Origin: Marsupella aquatica
Lineage: Eukaryota; Plantae; Marchantiophyta
DNA: 64,000 nucleotides
NCBI GenBank assembly: GCA_973895155.1
Contig: OZ316891.1
Span: forward strand, 20,224,169 to 20,288,168
Reading direction: 5' to 3'
The first letter of the stretch is position 1. Each line of letters opens with the position of its first letter. This document shows positions 11,900 to 24,867 of this stretch, one piece after another. The notes beneath the pieces were generated by a model, which searched no databases, was not told the origin of the DNA, and worked only from the letters and a program-made list of their open reading frames with translations. Made by a program: the position numbers and the translations under genes.

Positions 11900-12610
11900 A
11901 GAGCCGTCGAGAGTCGATGAAAATGCGAGGTGGCGATGGTTGAGACAAATCACAAGAAAGCGGCTATAGGTTGTGAATTGCGCAATAATATCTCGTGGCA
12001 AGAGAAAAATCGAGGAGGACGACCTGGACAGCTCTGGTCGTTTTTTGGTTGAGCAATGGACCCTGAAGGAATACGAAGAAGCCGTGGCGATCGACAGCTT
12101 TTATGGAAATGTCAGGGAGATGTTGGCTACCGTTGAGTGCGTTTCAGATACAAAACTTAAAAGTGATAACCTGGTTGAATCCAAATTCTATTTCGCGAGG
12201 TGATGGTCGACGGTCAGGATGTCGTGTAGTACCTCAAGGTCGGCATCCGCACAAACAACGTCATCAACTCCCTGTTTCTCGCATATCTGGGCAATGCAGG
12301 TGTTATGTTGGAACGCAAGGGCTCAAAGGAAAACTGTCCTCCGAGAGTGGATCGAATTTTTTGAAGGGCTGCTGAGTCAATTCACCCAATGGATGGAAAT
12401 AAATCGTTTAGAGATCTTTTTTGTCCCCACCCGGCATTGACTCTGAAACTTCTCAACTTACTGGATCGGGCAGGTTTCAATCATATGATAATTGGAAGAA
12501 CTACAGAGGAAAGGAAGCGGTGAAGAAGTGTGCTCTTGTTGACTGCCCATTATTTAAATGGATGCTGCAGTTGAAGGCGGTGCTGAAATTAAAACCATAG
12601 AATAGAAAAC
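11900..12610 (+). pseudogene. Decayed Crinkler (CRN/CR-effector)-type NTPase/REase gene fragment
   Basis: Across frames, in order: W.W…KRL*VVNC..ISRGK..EED, FLVEQWTLKEYEEAV..DSFY.NV, LVESKFYFA, GIRTNNVINSLF, PMDG/LEIFF, AEIKTIE. This resembles motifs recalled from oomycete CRN C-termini. Confidence 0.6.
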
Positions 12611-12702
12611 GTAGGACAAACTGTGCTGAATCACGTAAGAGGGGAAGACGATGTATGAAACTGGATTTGGACTCAATCATGTGACTGTGCAAGTCTTTAA
12701 CA

Positions 12703-13381
12703 GGTTTCTCCGACGCAGATCTGACTATCTTAGTCAATGTCTCTGCACTGAAGGCTGCAATGGATGGCCAAATGTCTGTCAGTACGACAGATCCTGTAAG
12801 ATAATGATGGGCATTGAGCGCAAATCAGCTGTCATATCAGAGGAGTCGAGGAGGCTAACGGGAACCACGAAGGGGACCGCACTGGGGCTCAAGATGAGAC
12901 CCGGGAGAGCCGCTTGTAGCCCACTGACTGTATAGGTGTGAACTCCAAACGGAGAATCGATCTATTGCTATCATAGTTCTCTTAATACAAGTGACATGTT
13001 CATTGAGGGTTTTAGCAATGAATCTGGATTGTAATTTCTTGTGTCAGGCGCTCTTTGTGTTCATAAGGCGGTTTTATATTTCAAATCTAGAATCGATCTA
13101 TTGTCAGTATTGTCCTCTTTGTACATGTAACATGTTCATTCGGATTTGATTGCTGAACCTGGATTGCAGTTCCTTGTGTCAGGTGCTCGTTTTGTGCACC
13201 AGGCAACCATCGAGGTCTGGCTTTGGAGATGATGTCACAACTTCCAGAGAAAGAAGAAACAAGGAAGCAAATGTTGGCTTGCTTAGATGTTTCCATCGGC
13301 GGCCGTGTAGCTGAAGAACTGATCCTAAGAGGAGAGGTCACGTCTGCTGCCTCGTCAGACATTCTCTCAGCCAAAAGGATG
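12703..13381 (+). pseudogene. FtsH4-like (mitochondrial i-AAA protease) internal fragment, frameshifted, with an intron remnant
   Basis: GFSDADLTILVNVSALKAAMDG; KIMMGIERKSAVISEESRRLT; HEG; after the AG acceptor at 13182, VHQATI/RGLALEMMSQLPEKEETRKQMLACLDVSIGGRVAEELI..EVTSAASSDI. Confidence 0.85.
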
Positions 13382-15813
13382 ACATCTCCAAGCTGAATTG
13401 GTGTCGAATGCCCTCATGTTATTTTTAATGACTCCCCCCTTCCCGTCTAGTACCAATTTATCCATTTCCATGACTAAAAACGAAGTGGTGAATACTGTAC
13501 TTCCATTGCTGTGAACTTTATGGCAACGCACTAGAAACTTCTCGCACCATGATTTGTTTGCACTCCGAAAAACCTCTGCTTTGAAGAAGATTATCGACTC
13601 ACTATTGTCCCCGGGCCAATGGTCATACACTTGTGCCGATTCTCGTAGCCCACAGCTAAAGTGGCAATGGGCTACCCTATCTGTGAGCAAAATCAAACGC
13701 ATGTCAAATGACGCCCTTATCGTCAAGAAAAGATCACCACTTCTTAAGGAATTATTGCTCAAAGCTAGCTGCATTTACTTTCTGGTGGGCCGTTTATGTG
13801 CTGTACTGGAACGAATGCATGGACACTGCCTTGATCGAACTCGTGCATATTTCAATTGGCTAAACACCGTCTTGCCTACTTCCAATTTTTCACTGGCTAA
13901 TATATAAGAATCATACAGGCAGAATCCTAAGATCTACGCGTCTCCGTCACTTTACTGCATCGATCTCTGCGAGGAAGAAGTCGTGAATGGCCCACCACCA
14001 GAATCATCCTCGTGGCCTCGTCCCTCTTCATAGGCGACTGCTCGAGGATGCATCGATGCTGTACATTGAGGTTGCCCGCCTACAATTCAAGAAGATGTGG
14101 ACCCTCCATTTCTAAGACTTTCTCTCGTTTTCCCTTTGCTCTTTGGCTTGTTCTGTTGTCGATTAGACAAAAGAAATTTCAAAACAAAAGCACAACAAGG
14201 ATTATATATAATTGATGCATGACGAGACCTCGCGGAGGACCACTCTACCATCCGCTTGCGACTGGAGACGTATTCCAGCTTCGGATTGATATGGTAGTGC
14301 CTGTTAGTCAATGAATTGACGTAATGAACCAACCATCTGCGGTCTTAATTGTCCCTCGGGTCTGCTGCGGTGCCCCCCCCCCTGGGACAATTCACCGAAC
14401 CGACCAAAGAACTGTACGTAATCATAAAGGTTATTGAACCTCGATCTTCTGTGTCTTCCCGTCGCGAATTTCACACTCAATATCAGAGCAGATTCATATG
14501 GACAGGGAACCACGCGGCTTGGATGGTCGAAAATATACTCTTTTTGTTCCTACTGCAGGCTCAAAGTCTGAGCGGAAGGGGTCACCATGCATCCCGAATT
14601 GAAAGTAAAGGTATGTGCAGCTCATGCTTGCGTAGTTATCTTGCAGTCCTAATTTTTAGCCAATGGTCCAGTTCTGAGATACAGCTTAATGAAGTTGGCT
14701 TGCCTGCTACAGTAGTGATTAAGTGCTAGCTAGCTCTGCACTTCGTAACATATCAGCTATCATCAACAAAAACTAAATACATGTTGGATTGGGGCTGGCA
14801 GGCTCTTAGTGAAGGGTGATCGATGAAACACTTCCTGGGTGACAGAGTCAATGGCATCGTGGATCGCAGTCGTAGCACATATCTGGTTCCAAATTGCATC
14901 TGACAGGTGCGTGTCCTCCATACTGGTTTCACAGCATTGGAGTTGGATCTTGTGGCGTCCTAACTTTTTCTCTAGGAATGCACAACTTCATCAATATTGC
15001 TCCTCCATCTGCTGTCGCTTCGTCCAATCGGTTCTGTATCTCATATCGAGGTCTAGATGTGGAAATAGGGTGGACCTTCCAAGTAACATTTTAAACTGGC
15101 GATCCTGAAAAATGGCTGCGCTTATTTAGCTACAGTAGTGATCATGGAATTGGGGCGGAGAGGACTCTGTCCTAATGAACACCCCGCTATATGGATCTCT
15201 GCCTAGATGTGAAATTTGGTGCTAATGTAGTGCCGCACTCGCTTTCAATCGTTGGAGGTTCCGCAACTAAATGATCCTGCTCACCATCATCGATCTTCAT
15301 CATGCTTATAAACTTCCTTGTGTGTATCATGCAACAAAGTTTAATACTGAACTCTCTCGAACACCTTTGGTGTGACTAATTAACTGTCCATCTAAATCTT
15401 CTCTGAACAGCTGAGCCGTTCACAATGTCGACTCGGGAGTGGCGAGGAGAGCTGTTTGTCCAATCAGTAAGTGGTTAGTTGGTTGTTTCGAAGGATGTCG
15501 TGAATCGTGAGGAGGCAGCGTCGGATTTTGAAGGCGTAAAACTCCGAGGAAGAACGGATTACGCGGGTAAAGCCATTCCATGAAGAAACTTTACGTAATT
15601 TTTGCGATACTTTGTTCATGTCCATAGTAGTAGCCATATCGATTTTCCAAAGGGTGGTATGGCTATATGGGTATAGTGCGCTGTCCGTGTGGCCTTAGAC
15701 ATACGTACAGTATCAAGCCACTAAGTTCATCTGTGTGCTTCACGGCCTAGTTTGCGAATATTTTGGTAATCACTAACGTCGTTCCATCCCGTGCCTGCTG
15801 GTCGTATAGATCC

Positions 15814-18800
15814 ATGGAGGCGGTGAAGGAAGTCGTTGCTATATGTGGTTCAATACTCGAGGTTGTGTCAAGCATTGAGAATGTCAATGAAGACTGGTTC
15901 ACTGTGTCAGTGGAGTATCATAGTGAAGCGGCGATACTCCGGTCAAAGCTTGCTTACTATGAGGAGCAAGTCCGCATCCACCAGCAACCTGTGGAGAGCA
16001 CTGTGATGAAGACATTGGAGAAAGCCGAATGGACACTGAAGAGGGCGGAAGCAAGATTGAATCAGTCGGAGAAAAGCGTATCTGGCAACCAGTGCTGTTC
16101 CCAATGGTGGTTTTACGCGAAAGTAAATTTCACACTTTTCCCAGAAAGGTTAGAAAAGACATTTCAGATGGTGCTCCAAGAACTTGAGAATGTCTCAAAA
16201 AGCATCCAGGAGGAAGTGGAATTCAGTGGTCATATGCGAGTCGCAGGCAAGAATCGAGCCATCTCTACATTTATCTACAATAACGATAACAAGTACGTTC
16301 CAATAGAAAAATCCCAGTCTGCGGTCATCTCGGCAATTGAAGATTCTCAGAGCAGGACTCCCATGATATTATTGCACGGTGGAGTAGGTAAAGGCAAGTC
16401 CACCCTCGCCAGATATATCTGTGAGCGTTACGGGGAATTCGGAGAAAAAAGGAACGTTTTTGATCATGTGATTTTGGTGTCGTGTGGCAGTTCCATATCT
16501 GACGTTGCCAGCAAGCAGTACGAGATCTTGGAGCACCTTTCTCCCACAAGTTTAACCGAGGAAAGGAGTTCAAAATCTGGGGAGAATATTGGTTCAAAAT
16601 CTAGAATCGCCAAAGCTCTCCAGAATTTTCTCATTGGCAAGAAGATTTTGATGATCTTAGATGGCATTTCCGATAAGCGGTTTCTGTATGAAATGTGGAG
16701 GGCTGCGCGCCAGAGACGGCAAAGGTGATAAAATTCTCATCACTTCCCAAAGGTCTAATTTGTGTGAAGACTTTAAAGATGACTCTGTGCTTATTGCGAT
16801 GGAAGATCCTTCCAAAGAGGAAGCGAAAAAGATGCTTGCCACCCTTGTGGGGCTGGAGAGTAACAAATTTCCTGAGAATATCCAGGTGAGTTCCCCTCAA
16901 ATCAAATCTTATATTGTAGCTAGTCTCATATTTGCAAACTCAGGTATTTGTTGTTTTAGTTGTCTCCTTAATTAACGACTACCAAGTGTAAGAATTGCTG
17001 TTTCTTCCTTGTCTCAATGCAGGCATATGCGGATGAGATGATAGAAGCAACTGATGGGAACCCTCTAGCTTTGGCCTGTCGGGCAAGTACCTTTTCCCAC
17101 AAGGCAGATAAAAAGAACAAGAGGGCTTGGCGAGATGCTTGGAAGGAATTATCTCGGTTGCTAGACTCTAAAGATACCACTATCGTGTTAGGGCAAGGGC
17201 AAAACGATGAGAGTGCTACACCTAGAAGCTTGTGGGGGGCCATGACGCTTTGTCTAGAATCTTTGGAAAGTAAGGATGCCAAACGCATACTCTTCTTGAT
17301 GTATGCCTGTAAAGGAGAGTCTGTTCCCGAAGAGGTCCTTCGACTCATGTGTGCTGGTATGAAAATGTCAAGCTCTTCAGTCACAAGGTCGACAGATGAA
17401 TTATGGATGAGAGAACTGTTGAAGCGTAAAGCTGATACATTGGCATCCAAGATGAATTTGGACAGGGAAGAAAATGAGGAGTCGTCTCCAGCATGGTCTC
17501 TACAGTCTCTGGTGAAGCTTTATATGAAATGGCATGTTGTTGGCAAAGGGGAAGTCAGGGATGTGATCGGGGCATTGCTTCGTGATGACGATTTTTCACC
17601 TGACTCAAGCGTCCAATTGAAGTTGCAGGATTATGAATCGGAAATAGTGGGAAATGAAATAGAAATAGTGAAGAGTGACGAGATGAGAGTGAGAACTACT
17701 CTTTGTGCTCTATACTTTGATGGCTGCCACACTGATCCAGTAGTGACTCATGCCAAAATTAAGGCTTCTAAAATAGCCAATCTTGTAGACTCTGGTGACA
17801 CCGTTAAGGATCTGAGGAGGACAGCTGTAGAGCCGTTGATATGGCTCTTGGATAAACCGGAGAAGGAGGAGCAATGGACTGACATGGATAAATGCCGTGT
17901 GAGAAAGGTATTCTCCTGACACCTTTCAAGATATGCTTCCCTCCAAAACTAACTCTACATATACATCAGTATAATATTAATATCGACTACTGTAGTTATC
18001 CTGAATTAAAATGGAACATTGATTGAAGAGAATCATCTGAATAGTCTTTATAGGTCCTCGGTCACAGAATCTAGCACTTAAGACGTTTGAAATGGAACCA
18101 AGTGCATGAGTCAGAATCAATAGACATTCGTCAGCTATTCGTCGTAAGACGGTAACTCTTGTGAAAATCAATTTTACGGTTGTATGGAAAACATACAAAT
18201 ATAACTTTTCCAATTAAGGCGTCTGATTTCCCTGGTTGAAGGTAGACGCACGCGTGTGGTGTATACAAATAATGTCAGGCAGACGAACAAGCTACGTTCT
18301 AAATGCGAAACTATATATAAGTGAGAGTCTTAGAAGCATGATTGTCAGAGTCGTTGGAAAGCCATGTGTCTTCATTCTGCCTGGTCCCTATCTGAACAAG
18401 CAGTTTTCAAAGAGTAACAATCATCTGACAGTTCTGATCTATAATTGTCACTGAATTCAGATTTCTGGACATTGTGACTCCCTTTCTTTACAGGTCCTTC
18501 TCAACTTCATATGTAACCGCCGGCTAGATAACTACAACATCACTTACCTGTTGAAGTTGGCTGCTTGTCCTTCCGCACAGTTGGCCACTCTCTCGGCTAT
18601 TACACATAACTTGTTCATAGAAGAGACGCCTCTGCTCAACAAACATACAATCACCTTTTTGCAATCTGTACTTGACCTTATGAATTTGAAAGAGGGTTTC
18701 CAGAGTAGTATCCAAGAGGCGGCCTCTAAAACATTGCGTCATGTTTGTTGGAAGGCTGCATATGACAATTCAGCAATCCTTGTTGGAAACACTTCAGGCG

Positions 18801-21330
18801 TTTGCCTCCTTCCACGATCGTATCAACAGAAGGAATTTTAGATTTTCAAGCATGTTAGTACACTCACTCACCATACCCTTTTGGAAGTCGGAGGCGTTTG
18901 CAGAAAATGCAGCTTCAGCTCTCAGTGGCTTAGCATTCTCGAAAGAATCTGAGATTGTGCGACTAATGGTGAACAAAGAGGGCCTACTAGCCAGTCTTGT
19001 GAAATGCTTGTATCAGCAATCCAAGCCAACTTTACAAAAACTTGCAGCACATGCTTTGGCAAATCTTACCTTTTTGACCGACAGTGCTCTGAAGTTGAGA
19101 GTCGCCAATGAGGATGGGGCTCTCGTTGGCCTCGTGAATTGCTTGTCACAGGATGACCATCATGATTTACAAGAGGAAGCAGCACGTGCTTTGGGAAATC
19201 TTGCGGCTTTGGAGGATGATGCTCTGCAGTTGAGAGTCGCCAGTGAGGAGGGGGCCTTCCTTGGCCTCGTGCACTGCCTGTCACAGAACAACCACCATGA
19301 TTTACAACAAGTAGCAGCCAGGGCCTTGGGAAATCTTGCAGCTTCAACGGATAATGCTCTAAAGTTGAGAGTCGCTAATGAGGAGGGGGCTCTTGTGGGC
19401 CTACTAAACTGCTTATCAAAGAATGACCACCGGGATTTACAAGAGGAAGCAGCATGCACTTTGAAAAATCTTGCTGGTTTGAGTGATAATGTTGTCAAGT
19501 TGAGAGTTGCCAATGAGGAGGGAGCTCTTGGTGGCCTTGTTCAGTGTTTGTCACAGAATGACCACCCTGATTTGCAAGACGCAGCAGTCCAGGCTTTGGG
19601 AAATCTTACTGGTTCCACGGATAATTCTGTGAAATTGAGAGTCGCCAATGAGGAGGGGGCTCTCGCTGGCCTCGTCAACTGCTTGTCACAGAATGACCAC
19701 TGTCAACTACAAAAACAGGCAGCACGAGCTTTGTCAAATCTTGCCACTTCCGGGGATAATACTCTAGACTTGAGAGTCGCCAATGAGCAGGGGGCTCTCC
19801 GTGGACTCGTGAACTGCTTGTCACATTATGACCACCCTGATTTACAAAAACAAGCACAAGCTTTGGGAAATCTTGCTGGTTCCACAGATAATTCTGTGAA
19901 GTTGAAAGTCGCGAATGAGGAGGGGGCTCTTGTTGGCCTTGAGAACTGCTTGTCACAGAATGACCACCCTGGTTTACAAAAACAAGCAGCACGAGCTTTG
20001 ACAAGTCTTGCCGGTTCGACGGATAATACTCTAGACTTGAGAGTTGCCAGTGAGGAGGGGGCTCTCGTTGGCCTTGTGAACTGCTTGTCACAGAATGACC
20101 ACCCTGGTTTACAAAAACAAGCAGTCGCGGCTTTGGCAAATCTTGCGGGTTCAACAGATAATTCTCTGAGGTTGCGAGTCGCAAATGAGGAGGGGGCTTT
20201 CATTGGCCTCGTGAACTGCTTGTCACGGAATGACCGTCCTGATTTACAAAAACAAGCAGCACGAGGTTTCTCGAATCTTACCGCTTCAAGCAATAATGTT
20301 GTGAAGTTGAGAGTCGCCAATCAGGAGGGGGCTCTCGGTAGCCTTGTGAAGTGTTTGTCACAGAACGACCACCCTGATTTACAAGAAGCAGCAGCACCGG
20401 CTTTGGGAAATCTTGCTTGTTCCACGGATAATGTTGTGAAGATGGGAGTCGCAAATGAGGAGGGGGCTCTTGTTGGCCTTGTGAATTGCTTGTCACAGAA
20501 TGATCACCCCAAATTACAAAAACAAGCAGCACAGGCATTGGCAAATGTTTTGGGTTCGTCAGATAATGCTCTGAGGTTGAGAGTCGCAAATGAGGAGGGG
20601 GCTCTCGTTTGTCTCGTGAACTGCTTGTCACAGAATGACCACTATGATTTACAAAATCAAGCAGCATGAGCTTTTACAAATCTTGCCGCTTCAAGCGATA
20701 ATGCTGTGAAGTTGAGAGTTGCCAATGAGGAGGGGGCTCTCAGTGGCCTCTTGAAGTGCTTGTCACAGAATGACCACCCTCATTTACAAGAAGAAGCAGC
20801 ATGCGCTTTGAGAAATCTTGCTGGTTCCACAGATAATGCTGTGAAGTTGAGAGTCGTGAATGAGGAGGGGGCTCTCGTTGGCCTCGTGAACTGTTTGTCA
20901 CAGAATGACCACTGTGATTTACAAAAACAAGCAGCACGAGCTTTGTCAAATCTTGCCGCATCGAGCGATAATGTTGTGGAGTTGAGAGTTGCCAATGAGG
21001 AGAGGGCTCTCGGTGGCCTCGTGAAGTGCTTGTCGCAGAATGACCACCCTGATTTACAAGAAGCAGCAGCACGGGCTTTGGGAAATCTTGCTGGTTCCAC
21101 GGATATTGCTTTGAAGTTGAGAGTTGCAAATGAGGAGGGGGCTCGTGTTGGCCTCGTAAAATGTTTGTCACAGAATGACCACCGTGATTTTCGACAAGAG
21201 GCAGCCCGGGCTTTGGCAAATCTTGCGGGTTTGCAGATAACGCTCTGAAGTTGGTCCCCTGAAATACTTGTCACCAAATGACCACCCTGGTTCACATGAA
21301 GAAGCAATAGCCGCTTTGGCAAATCTCGCG
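15814..21330 (+). pseudogene. NLR-like STAND gene: helical N-terminal domain + NB-ARC + tandem armadillo repeats (3 exons, disrupted)
   Basis: P-loop GGVGKGKST, kinase-2 KKILMILDGI, RNBS-B DKILITSQR, GLPL-like GNPLAL, MHD-position SLQSLV. Introns 16886-17022 and 17908-18493 (GT-AG). Lesions: frameshift ~16708, frameshift ~18800-18850, TGA 20667-20669, frameshift ~21233. Confidence 0.85.
18960..21330 (+). repeat. 135-bp (45-aa) coding tandem repeat, ~17 armadillo units
   Basis: Consensus LRVANEEGALVGLVNCLSQNDHxDLQxxAAxALxNLAxSxDNxxK; units recur every 135 nt (e.g. 19101, 19236). Confidence 0.95.
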
Positions 21331-24300
21331 TGAAGTTTGTGAGGTTGTGGGTTGGAAAGAAATTTCTCTTTTCTTTTTTCCTTATTTGTGGTTTGATCTT
21401 GGTCGCTTGCCAGGCTTGAATTCGCACCGTCTAGACGTACTGTTTCCCAGATATACATTCCAAGGGAAACGAAAATTCCAACTTACCAGCCAGATAGGAA
21501 GGATCTTATCATTGGAAAAATGGAGTGATGGGCAGCCAGCTTGAGCCACGGGAGATACCTGTCCTCCACTGAAAAGTTTGGACTCTTAATAACATATGTG
21601 AAGGTCTGACCTTTCACGGATGCTTCAAAGATGTTTGTATGCCCAAGTTGTAATATTAAATTGTATGTAATTCATGTGCATGCAAGAGCTAATATATTTG
21701 GCATGGGTTTCAAAGTTACGGCACAAAGCACCCCCTGCCCGAACATCATGAGCGCCATGGGCACAATGTCACGTTAGAGACTCAAACGTCAACATCTGTT
21801 TCATTTCAGGTCTGCTTGTTACATGTCACTTTCCTCTGGAGTTCGATTTACTGTTCTGAACCCAATTCTGAAGCGTGTATGACGGTTTTTTCAGTCCATC
21901 CGGAGATCATGTCAAATGTCTGTGTCCATCCTGGCTTCAGCTTGATTCAGTCCCGTTTTTTTGGGCAAATTTCAATCAAGCTTGAACATCTTTCAGTCCT
22001 GCAGTCTGTCCCGTTCCACAGAAGAGGCAAACCCAGCCACAAGAGGCATGAAGGACGGGTCAGATACTTAGCCTTGGGATTATTCCAGTTTGGCGCACTC
22101 CATACTATTCATGCGAATTTACAGAATTCGAACATTCCTTTCAGCCAATTCTTCCAAGCTTTGTACCGTGTAGTTTCCGAACCCCAAGATTTTAATCACA
22201 TGCTTCTTAAAAACTTCTAGAACGACGACAAAATTTCGAGTCCAAAAAATTAGGCATTATGGAACCTGATACAAATAGCAAGATTTGTGTGTACGCTGCC
22301 TAATTATGTGGTGTGCTTGTGAACAGGATGGTGAGCTGGTGCATTGAACCCATGGTGGCAATGAGGTTGATAACTCTGCCCCAACTGCGCCAGACGCAAT
22401 CCTCCATGGGGTTTTCTTTGTGTCTGCCAGGTATGTCAGTCGCTCAGACAATGCCCTGAATATGCATTTTCTGGTGAATGGGGGGGGCACCAGTGGTCAG
22501 GTAAATCCATAGTGTTAAGATTTAGGTTGCAAAAATCTAATCATAGGAGAACCAACTTGAGATTAATTCGTCGGTACCGCATTTTCCACTTTTGGTCGCA
22601 GGCTATTATGTATTCACTGGGTTTTAGGTCCAAAATGCTTGTCGATGATCCGGAGGAAAAACGAGTTTTAGGAGGACTCCCATTGCAGCAATCTTTGAAT
22701 CATCGACTGAACCCCATGAAGGCACATATTTTGGACAAATATCCTCCCTGCAGATTTGAGATGTGCATTGTGGTCACACTTGTTATTCGTCGTCGTGTTT
22801 GAGGTGCAACACTAGTTAACCGGAAACGTCTGAAGTGGCTCATATGCTTTGGGATGTGTAAGTTTGGGCTTATTTGATATGCGACGGCAAGGCGTAGCTC
22901 GTGTCAGGCACCGTTTCTTTGGGTATATTTTTCAGGCATTGAGATGCTTTTTTGAAGTTTATCTTCTTAACACCGTCCCTGTTCTTCATGAACCAGGTGT
23001 GAAAAAAGTAAGCATGTTATAGCTGGTCAATCAAAAACAATGGCTCCTGACGAAGGAACGGATAGATAGAAATACTGGTGGAGATGTTCGATTTGACAAA
23101 TTTTTTCCCGTTTGATTCTTCTCCTCTCCGACAATCAGATAGGTATGATGGCATTCCTGGCCTGGTATTGAACAGGAGACCATTGACTGTTTCTAGGCTT
23201 GAATTGTGTAATTAAGTAAAGTAGTTGGAGGACGAGCGATCTCACAATAAATGATGCTTGCCATGTGAGAAAGTGAATCTTTCATTCTTGTGCTTGAAAA
23301 GTTCAGGCCCAAAATGTTACAATCTACTTTGTCATACTGAGTGACTTGATCAACGGTTTGGTTCAGGTTCAAAAGGCCAAGTTCTAATTTCTGGTACATG
23401 GTGGAGCCTTTCGGTAAGAACGATGATCAGAATTCGAGTAGGACGATAATGATTCTGAAAGTGATATGTCATCAGATGCCGAGTATCAACATGAGTCCCC
23501 AAGCAGCCACAGAGGTGAAAGTCAAGTCGAAGACCGGATTGATGATGATCATGTTGATGATTACCACTTCAAGTTGGGAAATCCAATACTGAAACTATAG
23601 AAAAAAACGGGTGACGCGTTTGGGTTAGACAATTGATACCTGGCAAATAGCCCACATAGGGATGATGGGTTTTTAGACACCTTCCAAAATTATTTTGACG
23701 CGATGGCTACTACTCCCCTTAAGCTCTGAAATTGCCACCCAAGTTGCCTGCCCTATCACCAGTTGAATTATATTTCCCGTCATTCCACAAATAAGTGGAT
23801 CCCTTTCTTTTTTACCTTTCGAAACTGTGTAGCCTATGTACATGAGCCTTCAATACGAATTTGTTATAGTGGTTCTTTAGCATCTCTTCAGTTTCCATTC
23901 TTGTGGAGCCAGCGTCTCTCATACACAATTCTAGAGATATTGTAGATTTAGAACCCAAATTGTGAAGTAGCTTCTACGTCTCCTGATTAGTTCAGTCCTG
24001 ATTGAGGATTTGAAAAGGTAGAGATGTTTAGGATTTCTAAGGATTCATTCTGAAACTCAATTTGGTAGCCCAAATAGCCACGATTCCTGGCAATTACCCG
24101 CGAAGCGAATGGAATATTTGGAGAGTTTGGATCTCAGTAAGCCTTTTGAGTTCTTTCTATGGACGAACTGAGCGGTTTGCAAGAGTGTTTCGTATCACGC
24201 TAGGTCAGAATTGGTGCACTTCTGTCAGCGATTGGTCTTCTTTTCTAGATCAAATTGAATGGATTGCGTGGATATCACTTCTGAAGGGGCCCGGGAGTGA

Positions 24301-24867
24301 TTCTGTGACGTAAGTGAATGCTCCCGTGAATTTTGGGATACTAACGTTTGTTTGCAGAGTCCACTACTCTTCAATACACTGCCACATCACAGGCCATCAT
24401 TACGGACGGAAAATGCATGACTTCAACAATTTCCCACAACTACATGGACATAGAAATATGTCGATCGGATTCACGGAGAAAGAACAAGGATGTCATATGA
24501 ACCTGCCAGTCCGATTCAAACTTGCAAGCTATGTGGTTTGAACTGTCCGAAATAGTACTGACGGACTTTCCTCGTATAAAGTGAATGTTGTGCCATTCAG
24601 GCTGAGATTTGCAAGGTGGTGGTTTGAACTAACGAAATTTCATAACGGACTTGTCTCCCACAAACTGAATGGCGATGACATTCTTGAAATGTCATGTGCA
24701 ATAGGAGGGATAATGTGTTTTGAATTTCTACTCTCGTGTATATTCTCAGCTGAGAAACTATCAGTTGGAAGCAATCAGCTTTTGACAAGCTAGAAGTAGG
24801 ACAACCAATGTTGTAACGACGAAGAACAATGAGTAGTTGAAGGAGTGTGCATTCGTTCAATGGTCCA

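Noticed and set aside
13367-15108. Several 70-135 aa ORFs on both strands
   Set aside because: No recognisable motifs or consistent exon structure.
19066-21458. Minus-strand ORFs over the ARM array
   Set aside because: Antisense shadows of the coding repeat.
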